The translations under genes were made by a program, and so were the position numbers. A stretch of 64,000 bases of DNA from Escherichia phage phiAPCEc03. Positions within the stretch are counted from its first letter, which is position 1; each line of letters begins with the position of its first letter. Shown here piece after piece: positions 17,476-26,158 of the stretch. Under the pieces are notes generated by a model. It was not told the DNA's origin. It made no database searches and was given only the letters and a program-made list of their open reading frames with translations. Location of the stretch: the sequence record NC_047754.1. One strand, written 5' to 3'.

Positions 17476-17791
17476 TTTTAACGAATTAAATACTTTGCAT
17501 GAGCTGTTACAGTTTGTAAATAATAATATTAGTATTCCAGATGACACACTAGAAGTTCTCATGGTAATCGAGAAAAAGGTAGGAATTGAGATTGAGGACT
17601 CCTGGAAACCGCTTTCTGTATTAACACCTCTTAATATGAAAGTGATAGTTAAAAATATCGATACTGGTGAAGAATGTAAGATGATTCGTAAAGAACTAGC
17701 TGATAGTTATTCACCAAAGTCTGTAGTAATGTACCATGATGACACACCTAAGGTTCTACAGACAGCTAATTATGTATGGCGTCTCCCATGA
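17447..17791 (+). CDS. hypothetical protein
   Basis: 114-aa ORF. Confidence 0.45.
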   Translation: MRIFLKMKLNFNELNTLHELLQFVNNNISIPDDTLEVLMVIEKKVGIEIEDSWKPLSVLTPLNMKVIVKNIDTGEECKMIRKELADSYSPKSVVMYHDDTPKVLQTANYVWRLP

Positions 17792-17890
17792 TTGATTTAG
17801 TACCAATTACTGCGGGGCTAATAGCACTATTAGTGCTCGCAGTTTTCATTATTGTGGAGCAGGCCAAAGTAATAAGGAGACTTAAAAACA

Positions 17891-18091
17891 ATGATAAAAC
17901 GTCTTGTTTACCAGGCACCAAAAATTGTAACTGAGTATTTTGTATTACTACCTCAGATTGTATTTCTAACAGCATTATTTAATATACTTTTTCGACATCT
18001 AGGAATAACGGAAAATATATTCTATACTTCTGGGTTACTTCCTTTTATGTATGAAGGCATTATCATGGCAATTAACGGAGTTCGTAAATGA
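17891..18091 (+). CDS. small membrane protein
   Basis: 66-aa hydrophobic ORF. Confidence 0.4.
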   Translation: MIKRLVYQAPKIVTEYFVLLPQIVFLTALFNILFRHLGITENIFYTSGLLPFMYEGIIMAINGVRK

Positions 18092-18549
18092 CAGCACTAC
18101 AACAACTACAGAATTACTGGTTTGATAACCAATTTAACGATCTTTTCATCCAGTTGTTTGTCGAAACGAACGGACGCTTCAACTACCGATTCTTTAACAA
18201 GTTTCACGAAACAAAATTCTCGCATACAGAAATTAATGCAGCGATCCAAGACCTAACTGGTTCTAAAGTAGTTCAATATCGTGAAGTAGACTTTACACCA
18301 GAGTGTTTTGGGTTTGAATTATTTAAGAAAGCATATAAATTTGGTAAGTTTGAGGATGCTCGTCAATGGGTTCACGATTTTTGGTATAACACCGATATTG
18401 TTCCTAGTCGCGTGCTGATTCTTAACTGGATTGCTAAGCAACATCCACCTAAAACGCAATCATCCTTCTTACCGACTGACACAGGAAACCTCTACCATGA
18501 CAGAAAAGAAAAATCCATTATTGGAGCAGATGAAGGAGTGGGAGAGTAA
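18088..18549 (+). CDS. hypothetical protein
   Basis: 153-aa ORF; ATGA overlap with the upstream gene. Confidence 0.55.
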   Translation: MTALQQLQNYWFDNQFNDLFIQLFVETNGRFNYRFFNKFHETKFSHTEINAAIQDLTGSKVVQYREVDFTPECFGFELFKKAYKFGKFEDARQWVHDFWYNTDIVPSRVLILNWIAKQHPPKTQSSFLPTDTGNLYHDRKEKSIIGADEGVGE

Positions 18550-18868
18550 TATTGAAACTGGTCTAATAGACGGTGAAGATATTGTCAACTCCATACTAGA
18601 AGTAACAGTAGATAATATTAATCCTATTTTGGCTGGAGAAACCTCAGATCTTATAGGACTCTCTAGCACATTTGATTCTTTGGCTAAATTATCTTTAGAC
18701 GATGAAGAGATAACCAAAGAAGATCTCGCTACAGCTATGAATATGGCTATTAATGCTTACATCAGTAAACGTACTGATGAACTTGGTAAACAGATCAATA
18801 AGCGTGATGCTACGCTAGGTCTTATGGAAACGGCCACTATGTTAAGAAGTGGTAAACAACTTCATTAA
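18497..18868 (+). CDS. hypothetical acidic protein
   Basis: ORF MTEKKNPLLEQ; internal start chosen for RBS context. Confidence 0.45.
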   Translation: MTEKKNPLLEQMKEWESNIETGLIDGEDIVNSILEVTVDNINPILAGETSDLIGLSSTFDSLAKLSLDDEEITKEDLATAMNMAINAYISKRTDELGKQINKRDATLGLMETATMLRSGKQLH

Positions 18869-18876
18869 TTTTAGGG

Positions 18877-18910
18877 GGCCAGGACTTAATTGTTCTGGCC
18901 TTTTATGTTT
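18877..18910 (+). terminator. rho-independent terminator
   Basis: Hairpin GGCCAGGAC...GTTCTGGCC plus T-tract. Confidence 0.65.
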
Positions 18911-18924
18911 TCAAGGAACTTCAA

Positions 18925-19128
18925 ATGCAAGTATATGTCCTTACTAGAGATATAAATGAGTATAATCAGGATGGTGAGTATTTTGTAAAAGTATTCGCTG
19001 AAAAGCCAAGTAAACAACAATTATTAGATGTTGGAGTACCGGAAGACCAGGCTAAGTGTATACTACAAGATAAAGAGTTTACTGGAGATGCTTACGAATG
19101 TTTCCACCTTAGCTGTGAGACTATTTAG
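18925..19128 (+). CDS. hypothetical protein
   Basis: 67-aa ORF. Confidence 0.45.
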   Translation: MQVYVLTRDINEYNQDGEYFVKVFAEKPSKQQLLDVGVPEDQAKCILQDKEFTGDAYECFHLSCETI

Positions 19129-19129
19129 T

Positions 19130-19576
19130 ATGAGAGAAAAAGTAAATGAATTATTAATCGAGGAAGCTAACAACTTCCCTATAAATAGATTCGTAAAATC
19201 GGATGGGTCTATTAATAGAACTAAAATTAAGCAACTACATCCCGACTTTCAACAAGAAGCACTAAACCTTATATTTATCAAGAAAGCTATTGCAGCTCAC
19301 GGGGCTTTCTTTGGGTATGAGCGTGTAAATTATAAGACAATGCAACAGCAAGTCGAGATCTACTGTCCAGACCATGATGGTTATTACTGGCAAACTGCTA
19401 GATCTCATTTAGAAGGTCATGGTTGTCGACTGTGTGCACACAAGGTTGTGCAGCGTGTCACTGATTATGGAACTTATACCGTACCAGCATGTTACCATAA
19501 ATTTGTGATTGACGATAATCATATAGTTTGGTATAATAAGTTTTCAAAGCTAAGAATGGAGATAAATAGTGAGTAG
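19130..19576 (+). CDS. hypothetical Cys/His-containing protein
   Basis: ORF MREKVNELL; internal start chosen to avoid overlap with the upstream gene. Confidence 0.45.
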   Translation: MREKVNELLIEEANNFPINRFVKSDGSINRTKIKQLHPDFQQEALNLIFIKKAIAAHGAFFGYERVNYKTMQQQVEIYCPDHDGYYWQTARSHLEGHGCRLCAHKVVQRVTDYGTYTVPACYHKFVIDDNHIVWYNKFSKLRMEINSE

Positions 19577-19859
19577 CTATATTGTATGGTCAAACCCACT
19601 AGCAGCACTTAGTAACAAACTATTTAAAACAACGTGGGGATATAATGAGATAGACTTAGGTAGTCGCCCAATACCAAACAAACACCCATTAGTTCCAGAG
19701 CTGTATAGGGTAGTAATAAATGGCGCAGAGTATTTGGTTGATAAATTTGACAGAAAACGTTTATTAGAGGGTATCTACGATAATTCTACATCAATAAATG
19801 AATTAGTAGAACATGCCCAAATATATGATAAAAGCTGGATGTTAATATGGAGATCATAG
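19569..19859 (+). CDS. hypothetical protein
   Basis: 96-aa ORF. Confidence 0.45.
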   Translation: MSSYIVWSNPLAALSNKLFKTTWGYNEIDLGSRPIPNKHPLVPELYRVVINGAEYLVDKFDRKRLLEGIYDNSTSINELVEHAQIYDKSWMLIWRS

Positions 19860-20080
19860 TAATTATTTTAGCAGTTATGTTATTTATTGTAACATTTGTA
19901 TCATTTGCTATTATGCGCAGAGCTAGAGAACTAGCGGAAGATATAACAAAATTACGTGGTGAGTTGGCTGCTCTTAAATTACAGCGTGAGGCTTTAAAGT
20001 TGTTTGTGATTCAGGGTAGCGTAGAACATACAACAGAAGACTTCATCACGTATCTCAAACGTTACATGGGAATTAAATAA
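19847..20080 (+). CDS. membrane-anchored coiled-coil protein
   Basis: N-terminal transmembrane helix, 77 aa. Confidence 0.45.
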   Translation: MEIIVIILAVMLFIVTFVSFAIMRRARELAEDITKLRGELAALKLQREALKLFVIQGSVEHTTEDFITYLKRYMGIK

Positions 20081-20265
20081 TGGAAACTCTTTTTCTTTTA
20101 ATGCTCGTAGGTTCCCTGCTAGTTATACTAGCACTTCTACTAATCTGTAATATTCTTAATAATAAGAATTTAGAGTTAAAGTGTGAGAACCAAATCCTTA
20201 ACCGTGAACTTAAACAATATAACCTAGCAGCTCATAAGCTGTTAGACAAACTGGAGAATAAATAA
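20080..20265 (+). CDS. small membrane protein
   Basis: 61 aa, hydrophobic N-terminus; ATGG overlap with upstream stop. Confidence 0.4.
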   Translation: METLFLLMLVGSLLVILALLLICNILNNKNLELKCENQILNRELKQYNLAAHKLLDKLENK

Positions 20266-20825
20266 TGACTTTATATGCACAACAATCTATTCAAGTAGTA
20301 CCAGAGCATGAACTGAATACATGGGATTATAGCTTTAAAGATTTAACTGCTACTGTACAATTCAAATCTATGAAGCTAACCTTTGCACACACTAGTATTA
20401 AAGCATGTAAAGATCTTGAAGGTAAGCTCGAAGATGCTCGTAAGATTTTTGGCACGGCTCGCATCCCAGCTGATAATCTAATTAACGCATTAATCGATGC
20501 AGGGTACAAACTTGTGAAGACTGAGGTAAATCGTCCCAGTACCCCAGTGACTATTAGAGATCCCTGGCAATCAGGGACAATCTCAATGCTGAATAACTCC
20601 GATAAAAGATTAATGTCGGATATGCACAATGTTCCTTGTGGGGGTGTGATACGTAGTACGCAGTCATATAAGTTTGGGGAAGATTACGGCCCTTCTGTAC
20701 AGCTGAAACATACTCAAGAAGCTTTTGAATCTGATATGCGAAGCGTAGCACCTGCGGATGCTGGAGCTTTTAATAAGTCTGTTTATACTATTCCTATGAA
20801 CAATCCTGTAAGAGCGGAAGTCTAG
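20265..20825 (+). CDS. hypothetical protein
   Basis: 186-aa ORF. Confidence 0.55.
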   Translation: MTLYAQQSIQVVPEHELNTWDYSFKDLTATVQFKSMKLTFAHTSIKACKDLEGKLEDARKIFGTARIPADNLINALIDAGYKLVKTEVNRPSTPVTIRDPWQSGTISMLNNSDKRLMSDMHNVPCGGVIRSTQSYKFGEDYGPSVQLKHTQEAFESDMRSVAPADAGAFNKSVYTIPMNNPVRAEV

Positions 20826-20960
20826 AAGATGCAATTATGGAAGCACTAGGGGCTGTTATTAACGAAAGTAAAAAGGATTAATAATTCCTAATATATGAGC
20901 CTCTACGGAGGCTATAAAATAAAAAGAAGGTCATCCAGACCTTAAAAATGGGAGATAATA

Positions 20961-21845
20961 ATGTATAACTTTAAAGATAAACTAAGACAAAATGCTGGCA
21001 AAACAAAACCTAAAGAGAACAATAATGTTCCTAATGCCAAAGTATTACCATTTCCAGAACTATCTCAAGAAGAAAAAGATAAGTTAGCATTTATGTTTGA
21101 TGCCCTTCTAGGGCTAAATGGACGTTTATACTCCTCACTCAATATTAATGAGAAACGTCTAGTAGAGATGTTCTGTAAGCGTTATCAAGTTACTTCAAAG
21201 GGTAATTCTTATAAAGAAGGTGAGAAAGCATTTACAGTCTTAAAGATTAGCGCATATGCACATCGTTTCTTAGTTTATGGGTTACAGATGGAATACTTCA
21301 CCATCCCATCATTTAGCTCTTTCCATATCTTTGAAGATGAACGAATGAATATTGATGATCTCTATGGGGATACGTACAAATACTCAGGAAGTCCATTCCA
21401 TGATGCATTAAGGAGCTACCCAACTAACTACTTACCAGTTAGGGCATCACAAGGTAAAGCTAGCATCTTCGCTGTTTACTCAGGATCTAAAGCATCGGAT
21501 CTAGAAACTTATATATTTAAAGAGCGTAAATCTGTACTTCCAGATGAAGCATTGTATAATAATCCATTGCTTCCAGAAAAAGAACCAGAGAAGATTGATG
21601 TAACCCCACCAATCCCATCTGATTCCCAGTATTTAATTTATGAGAAACAAGTTAAGTTATCCCTAGAAATTGGGTTAGTTACACCGCTTGCTGCAGCATT
21701 CATCAATAGGTATCTAGAAATTCCTGACGAGTTCCACACACGTTATAATACGAATATTCAGATAACGGATGAACTAATAGCTATTGCAAAAAGTACGCCT
21801 ACAGATACTGAGGCGTATCAAAAAGCATACCAAGAGTTACTATAA
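20961..21845 (+). CDS. hypothetical protein
   Basis: 294-aa ORF with GGAGA RBS; last gene before the repeat-rich noncoding region. Confidence 0.6.
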   Translation: MYNFKDKLRQNAGKTKPKENNNVPNAKVLPFPELSQEEKDKLAFMFDALLGLNGRLYSSLNINEKRLVEMFCKRYQVTSKGNSYKEGEKAFTVLKISAYAHRFLVYGLQMEYFTIPSFSSFHIFEDERMNIDDLYGDTYKYSGSPFHDALRSYPTNYLPVRASQGKASIFAVYSGSKASDLETYIFKERKSVLPDEALYNNPLLPEKEPEKIDVTPPIPSDSQYLIYEKQVKLSLEIGLVTPLAAAFINRYLEIPDEFHTRYNTNIQITDELIAIAKSTPTDTEAYQKAYQELL

Positions 21846-22382
21846 TATTCTGCAAGTCTCGGTGCACAATACCTGTACCGAGACAATAATACAAACTCTC
21901 GTTGACAGATAGCTAAATGTATGTTATCATAACTCTATGAGTTAATAGAATTAACCATTTAGAGTTGCCACACAGAAGGTGTGGTGGTTCAGTAATTTAA
22001 AATTACTAACTTGTAGCGGAGGATACGGAGCGACAGGACAAGTTAATAAGTAATTTAATATAAATTGCTAGAAACATCACGAGACCTTCTGGCGGGGGCA
22101 AAGCTCTATATGAGAACCCTGGGGGATCTTATATTTAAAATAAAAGTAAAACTTTTGACCACATAATTTACATTCAAGATGATACACCTGTTGCCGCTCA
22201 TCTGCTAGGATGGCACAACACTTTCTTCTAGACTCCTAAGTTTTTATGAAAACTCTAGTCAACTCAGGCGGTTTTCATTGTTCCTAGAAACTCTAGCAAT
22301 AGGCGGTTAATACAGGGCGGTTATAGGGAGGGCGGTTATTTCTAGGAGACATTTTTTGAAAACACATTTCCAGAAATTACTA

Positions 22383-22981
22383 TCGGATTTGCACATTGTG
22401 TTTCTAGAAATTTATGGTCGGATTTGCACAAACGCCTAAGTTTTCAGGAACTCTTACTCTCCTGAAAATGGCAGCATTATTTCGGGCCGAAGGCCCGTGA
22501 TTGCCTGAGTTTTTAGAGTCACAATAATTTTCACTTGTCAAGCTATTTTGCCCCATTTAGCTAATAAAATTTTACTTTATCTGCACTTATCTCAAATTAA
22601 CCCAAATCTTCTCAACTCTTCCCCAAAATCCCCGCAAATCAGGTGCTCCGCACCAAACATGCACCTCTCCCACAGTTCCCCCAAGTTTCTCTCGCTCTCT
22701 CAACTTCTCCCCAAACTCATACAATCACACACCCTCCAATCGAAGTCACAAAAATCTTGTCGGATTCGCACAAATAAACCCCTGTCGGATTTGCACATAT
22801 TCTAGCTAATTCCACAGGATTGATGCGCAGCATCGGATTGCTGTAGTTTTTAGGAAAATTCATTGTCGGATTTGCACACTATAAAAATTTTTCGGGTCGG
22901 ATTTGCACACTACTAAAAATTGTCGGATTCGCACATACACGCCCACGCGTAACACCCGTGGAGCAATGTCGGATTTGCACA
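22383..22981 (+). repeat. iteron-like array: 8 direct copies of 13-bp TCGGATTYGCACA
   Basis: Copies start at 22383, 22428, 22759, 22785, 22866, 22897, 22923 and 22969, all in the same orientation within a noncoding region. Confidence 0.85.
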
Positions 22982-23033
22982 AAAGCGCAGGGCAATTGCC
23001 CTGCCCGCCTGAATGCAAATACAAATGAGAATC

Positions 23034-23165
23034 ATTCGCATTTAAAAAGCGGAATGAGAATGATAATGATTCGCATTTAAAAAGTGAAATGAAAATTATT
23101 CAGGAAGTGAAACGATTCTCATTTAAAAAGTGGAATGCAAATGATAGTGATTCGCATTTAAGAAC
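23034..23165 (+). repeat. 4 direct copies of ATTCGCATTTAAAAAG-containing unit
   Basis: Units at about 23034, 23069, 23115 and 23150, period about 35-45 bp. Confidence 0.75.
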
Positions 23166-23191
23166 GGAAGTGAGAAACACTGTTATTTAAG

Positions 23192-23273
23192 TTATCCACA
23201 GACTTATTAACCGCATAATTTGACTTGACAGAATCCTAGCCATTTTGAGGCGTTATTAACAGACTTATCCACA
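23192..23273 (+). promoter_or_regulatory. DnaA-box-like 9-mers (TTATCCACA), two copies
   Basis: Exact TTATCCACA at 23192-23200 and 23265-23273. Confidence 0.55.
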
Positions 23274-23442
23274 GCTTATCCTACTGTATAAATATACAGT
23301 ATTCCTACGCAGTGAATAATTCTAATATAGTCCTAAAACGTCCTAGATCGCATTCTAACGCGTTTAATTTTGGTGGGGATACTAAAACAAGGGGTTATCC
23401 GGTTGCAGGCGTGAAAAACGGGGATCTGCTCCCCGCTTGTTG

Positions 23443-23637
23443 TCAGTCCGGTAATTGATGCGTGATCTTCTCCTCCTCCCCGTAGGAATCGACCAAATGT
23501 TGATAGTAACCATCGGCATCATAAATAACGCTATCATACTCGCCACGCTCGACCGCTTGCCGGTTTTCCGGCGTATCGGGCACGTAAAAAACATCAACCA
23601 TTGTACTGGTTTTAGTCACAATAATTTTATTGCTCAT
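23443..23637 (-). CDS. hypothetical small protein (pre-early-like block)
   Basis: 64-aa ORF with AGGGG RBS-like sequence. Confidence 0.5.
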   Translation of the reverse strand: MSNKIIVTKTSTMVDVFYVPDTPENRQAVERGEYDSVIYDADGYYQHLVDSYGEEEKITHQLPD

Positions 23638-23662
23638 AATAACCCCTAGTAAATATATAATT

Positions 23663-24007
23663 TCATTGTGCTACCTTTCGAAAAGCTGTTTCAATACTTT
23701 CCGCAGTTGATTGAATATACGCGCCTTTCATGATCAGGCGCTCAGTGCATATCTTACGGAAAATATTAATAAAATCATCTTCATTTTCTGCAATTAATGC
23801 TTCACCCATAACCTGAACGTCGCAAGATGCAAAGGTCAAAAATTGAAACGCTAGTTCACGGGCAACGACCGCATTGATTTTATAATGCGCCTTGCCCTCA
23901 TAAATATTAATAACGCCCTTGTAAGCTGGGGAAAGCTGGTTTAAATAGTTTGCTAGTAATGCCGGACGGCAATTAGCAACAAAGCGGTTGCCCTCATAAA
24001 TAACCAT
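23663..24007 (-). CDS. hypothetical protein
   Basis: ORF with GGGAGG RBS before internal ATG at 24007 (MVIYEGNRF); the listed ORF extends to 24022. Confidence 0.5.
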   Translation of the reverse strand: MVIYEGNRFVANCRPALLANYLNQLSPAYKGVINIYEGKAHYKINAVVARELAFQFLTFASCDVQVMGEALIAENEDDFINIFRKICTERLIMKGAYIQSTAESIETAFRKVAQ

Positions 24008-24130
24008 TTTATAACCTCCCAATCAGGTAACCAGATAAAAGCATAAAAATCCCCAGTAAAAGGGGATCATTCTTAAATAAGGTGGCGGTAAAACCGCCAA
24101 CCATTGCAAGGAGAATAACAATAGCGCTTT

Positions 24131-24343
24131 TCATAGTACCCCACGAAACGCAGCGTAAAAGGTGGCAAAGTGTTTAACTGTTTCAGCGATCACGTTGCCG
24201 CGCTTGTCAAATTTTTTCTCGGTAACACGAAAGGCATTTTTGTTACGTGCTACATATTCGATTTTACAATCTTCCCGCTCGAACGTGTTAACATCCACCA
24301 GCTTAAAGCCTTTCGAACGTGCAAGAGAAACGTTGCGGATCAT
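24131..24343 (-). CDS. hypothetical basic protein
   Basis: 70-aa ORF. Confidence 0.5.
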   Translation of the reverse strand: MIRNVSLARSKGFKLVDVNTFEREDCKIEYVARNKNAFRVTEKKFDKRGNVIAETVKHFATFYAAFRGVL

Positions 24344-24345
24344 TT

Positions 24346-24501
24346 TTATTCTCCTTTACTAGTCATGCAGCCCAGCAGATAAGAAAATACAGCGATACCC
24401 GCGCCAATAATAACCGCGTGAACGCCGAAAGCTATGGCAAAAAGTGATAAAATAGCGCCCAAGATACCTGCCAGAATAGCTCGAAAAATAACCATTTTCA
24501 T
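24346..24501 (-). CDS. small hydrophobic membrane peptide (51 aa)
   Basis: ORF MKMVIFRAILAGILGAILSLFAIAFGVHAVIIGAGIAVF, GGAG RBS; below the ORF-track cutoff. Confidence 0.4.
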   Translation of the reverse strand: MKMVIFRAILAGILGAILSLFAIAFGVHAVIIGAGIAVFSYLLGCMTSKGE

Positions 24502-24541
24502 TCTCCTAGTTAGCGGGGCGAAAATAACGCCCCGTTATTAC

Positions 24542-24772
24542 TTACATTAAAACAATTTTAGCGGCTTGTTTTTTGGTGCAATGTTCCGCCTTCAGGGTAT
24601 CCAGCAAAAAGCCAGCCGTTTGCTGGTCAATCTTATCAGCGTTATACAATTCTTGGATGGTGTTATAAGTTTTAGCAATGCCATATTCTTGCACCATTTC
24701 GTGAATAATAACGCGGTTAGATACCCAGCCTTGAGCGGTGAACAGATGACTAGCAGAAGAATAAGCAACCAT
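24542..24772 (-). CDS. hypothetical protein
   Basis: GGAGG RBS before internal ATG (MVAYSSASH); the listed ORF extends to 24829. Confidence 0.5.
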   Translation of the reverse strand: MVAYSSASHLFTAQGWVSNRVIIHEMVQEYGIAKTYNTIQELYNADKIDQQTAGFLLDTLKAEHCTKKQAAKIVLM

Positions 24773-24889
24773 TTTAAGCCTCCAATTTTTGGGAAAATTT
24801 TCAACCGTCCTCGAACGGTGTAAGGGCATTATAACAAAAAAGGCCGCCGATTATGGCGACCTTTACAAAACTTTACATTAGATTATTTA

Positions 24890-25123
24890 TTACTCGCTTT
24901 CGGTGCTAGTGGTAAAAGTAGAAATATCAATACCTTTCACCATTTCATCAATCATCTCAGCAATGTTAAAAGATTGCACCATTTCTAACATAGCCGCTTC
25001 CATAGCTGCACCTGCTACCGCTTTCGCCTTTTGGTTACTCGGGGCGTACTGGTCAACCGCTACACTCAGCAGGTTAGCGATCACTACCCGACCAATCGGC
25101 GTATCAATATAGCCTTTAATCAT
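24890..25123 (-). CDS. hypothetical protein
   Basis: 77-aa ORF; start overlaps the upstream stop (ATGA), suggesting coupling. Confidence 0.5.
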   Translation of the reverse strand: MIKGYIDTPIGRVVIANLLSVAVDQYAPSNQKAKAVAGAAMEAAMLEMVQSFNIAEMIDEMVKGIDISTFTTSTESE

Positions 25124-25866
25124 GAAGGGCGCTTTTTAGCCGCTACTTTCGTAATTTGAGTCAGTGCAATTTTACCCGCTTCCAGTTTTGCAGCGTTTAC
25201 AACAGCGGATTTATTAGCGGCAACGATGTTAGCAATCTTGGTCATAGTATTTTTTCCTTTATTTTCAGTAGTTTGAGCGTTAGAATTTACAGCATGTTTT
25301 TCCGTGTTGTCAATAGGCTGATCTTCATCTTTCCAGAAAGAAAAACCAGCACTTTCGATGTCGCCATCATATACATATGGGTATAGCTCCCGTGGTAGCA
25401 AAAAATTGCCATCGTCATCAAAAGCCATTACAGCCGCCAGACGATACCCGTCACCAATTGACCGATTCCAGCCAACTGATAAATAACGCCAAAATGAATC
25501 GAGAAAATTTTCAACGTCATAAAGATCATTGGGGTTGGCCCCATAGTTTTCTATTGAAAAAACTTCTAAGCCCGCCCCAGTATCATAGGCTTTTACTATA
25601 CTACCTTTTACAATTATGAAATCGGTATCCGGCCCCCTGCTAGTAAGCAGGTGATTATCTCGATTATATAAAACAAGCGTTGCCCCTTGCTTATACAGTT
25701 GCAAAAAACTACTCATATCATAGGCATCGAAATCATCAAAAAAATTTTGGTGAATATCTTCGGACTTGTTAACAAAGTGTTTAATGCTGGTTGTTCTGCT
25801 ACCATCCAGCAGGTTACGCAGCGCACCTTTTAAGACGGTTGCGTTATCTGGTTTATATAGCCTCAT
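25120..25866 (-). CDS. hypothetical protein with Ala/Lys-rich C-terminal tail
   Basis: 248-aa ORF, first gene of the minus-strand block. Confidence 0.6.
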   Translation of the reverse strand: MRLYKPDNATVLKGALRNLLDGSRTTSIKHFVNKSEDIHQNFFDDFDAYDMSSFLQLYKQGATLVLYNRDNHLLTSRGPDTDFIIVKGSIVKAYDTGAGLEVFSIENYGANPNDLYDVENFLDSFWRYLSVGWNRSIGDGYRLAAVMAFDDDGNFLLPRELYPYVYDGDIESAGFSFWKDEDQPIDNTEKHAVNSNAQTTENKGKNTMTKIANIVAANKSAVVNAAKLEAGKIALTQITKVAAKKRPS

Positions 25867-26158
25867 TTGTTCGGCCCCCTCGTTAATCGGTGAGTGAATG
25901 ATAAGGGTAATTTTCTAGCATAGGCAAAGATTATTTTACTTTTTTATTTTCCTTGCCTAACGCCTATTTTTATGCTAACCGCGCAGCGGTGTACTAAAGA
26001 GCAAAACACGGCGAAGCCACCAGGCCGTCGCATTGAGGCTTTACTTTAATATTACCTTGTAGCGTTCAGCTCGTTAGAAAGCGTTTTAGGCCGCTTAAAA
26101 TTGATTGCAGTCGTTAACACTACCTTTTTACCCTGTGTATTTATACAGTAGAATAACC

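Noticed and set aside
22548-22805. 85-aa ORF in the iteron region
   Set aside because: Low-complexity Ser/Pro/Leu-rich translation produced by the repeats themselves; no RBS; overlaps iteron copies.
22383-22981. Iteron array considered as a possible CRISPR array
   Set aside because: Repeat unit is only 13 bp, spacers are of very unequal length (about 13 to over 300 bp) and there are no cas genes; better explained as protein-binding iterons.
25156-25619. Two plus-strand ORFs (76 and 80 aa)
   Set aside because: Antisense to the 248-aa minus-strand gene, which has the better start context and coupling to neighbours.
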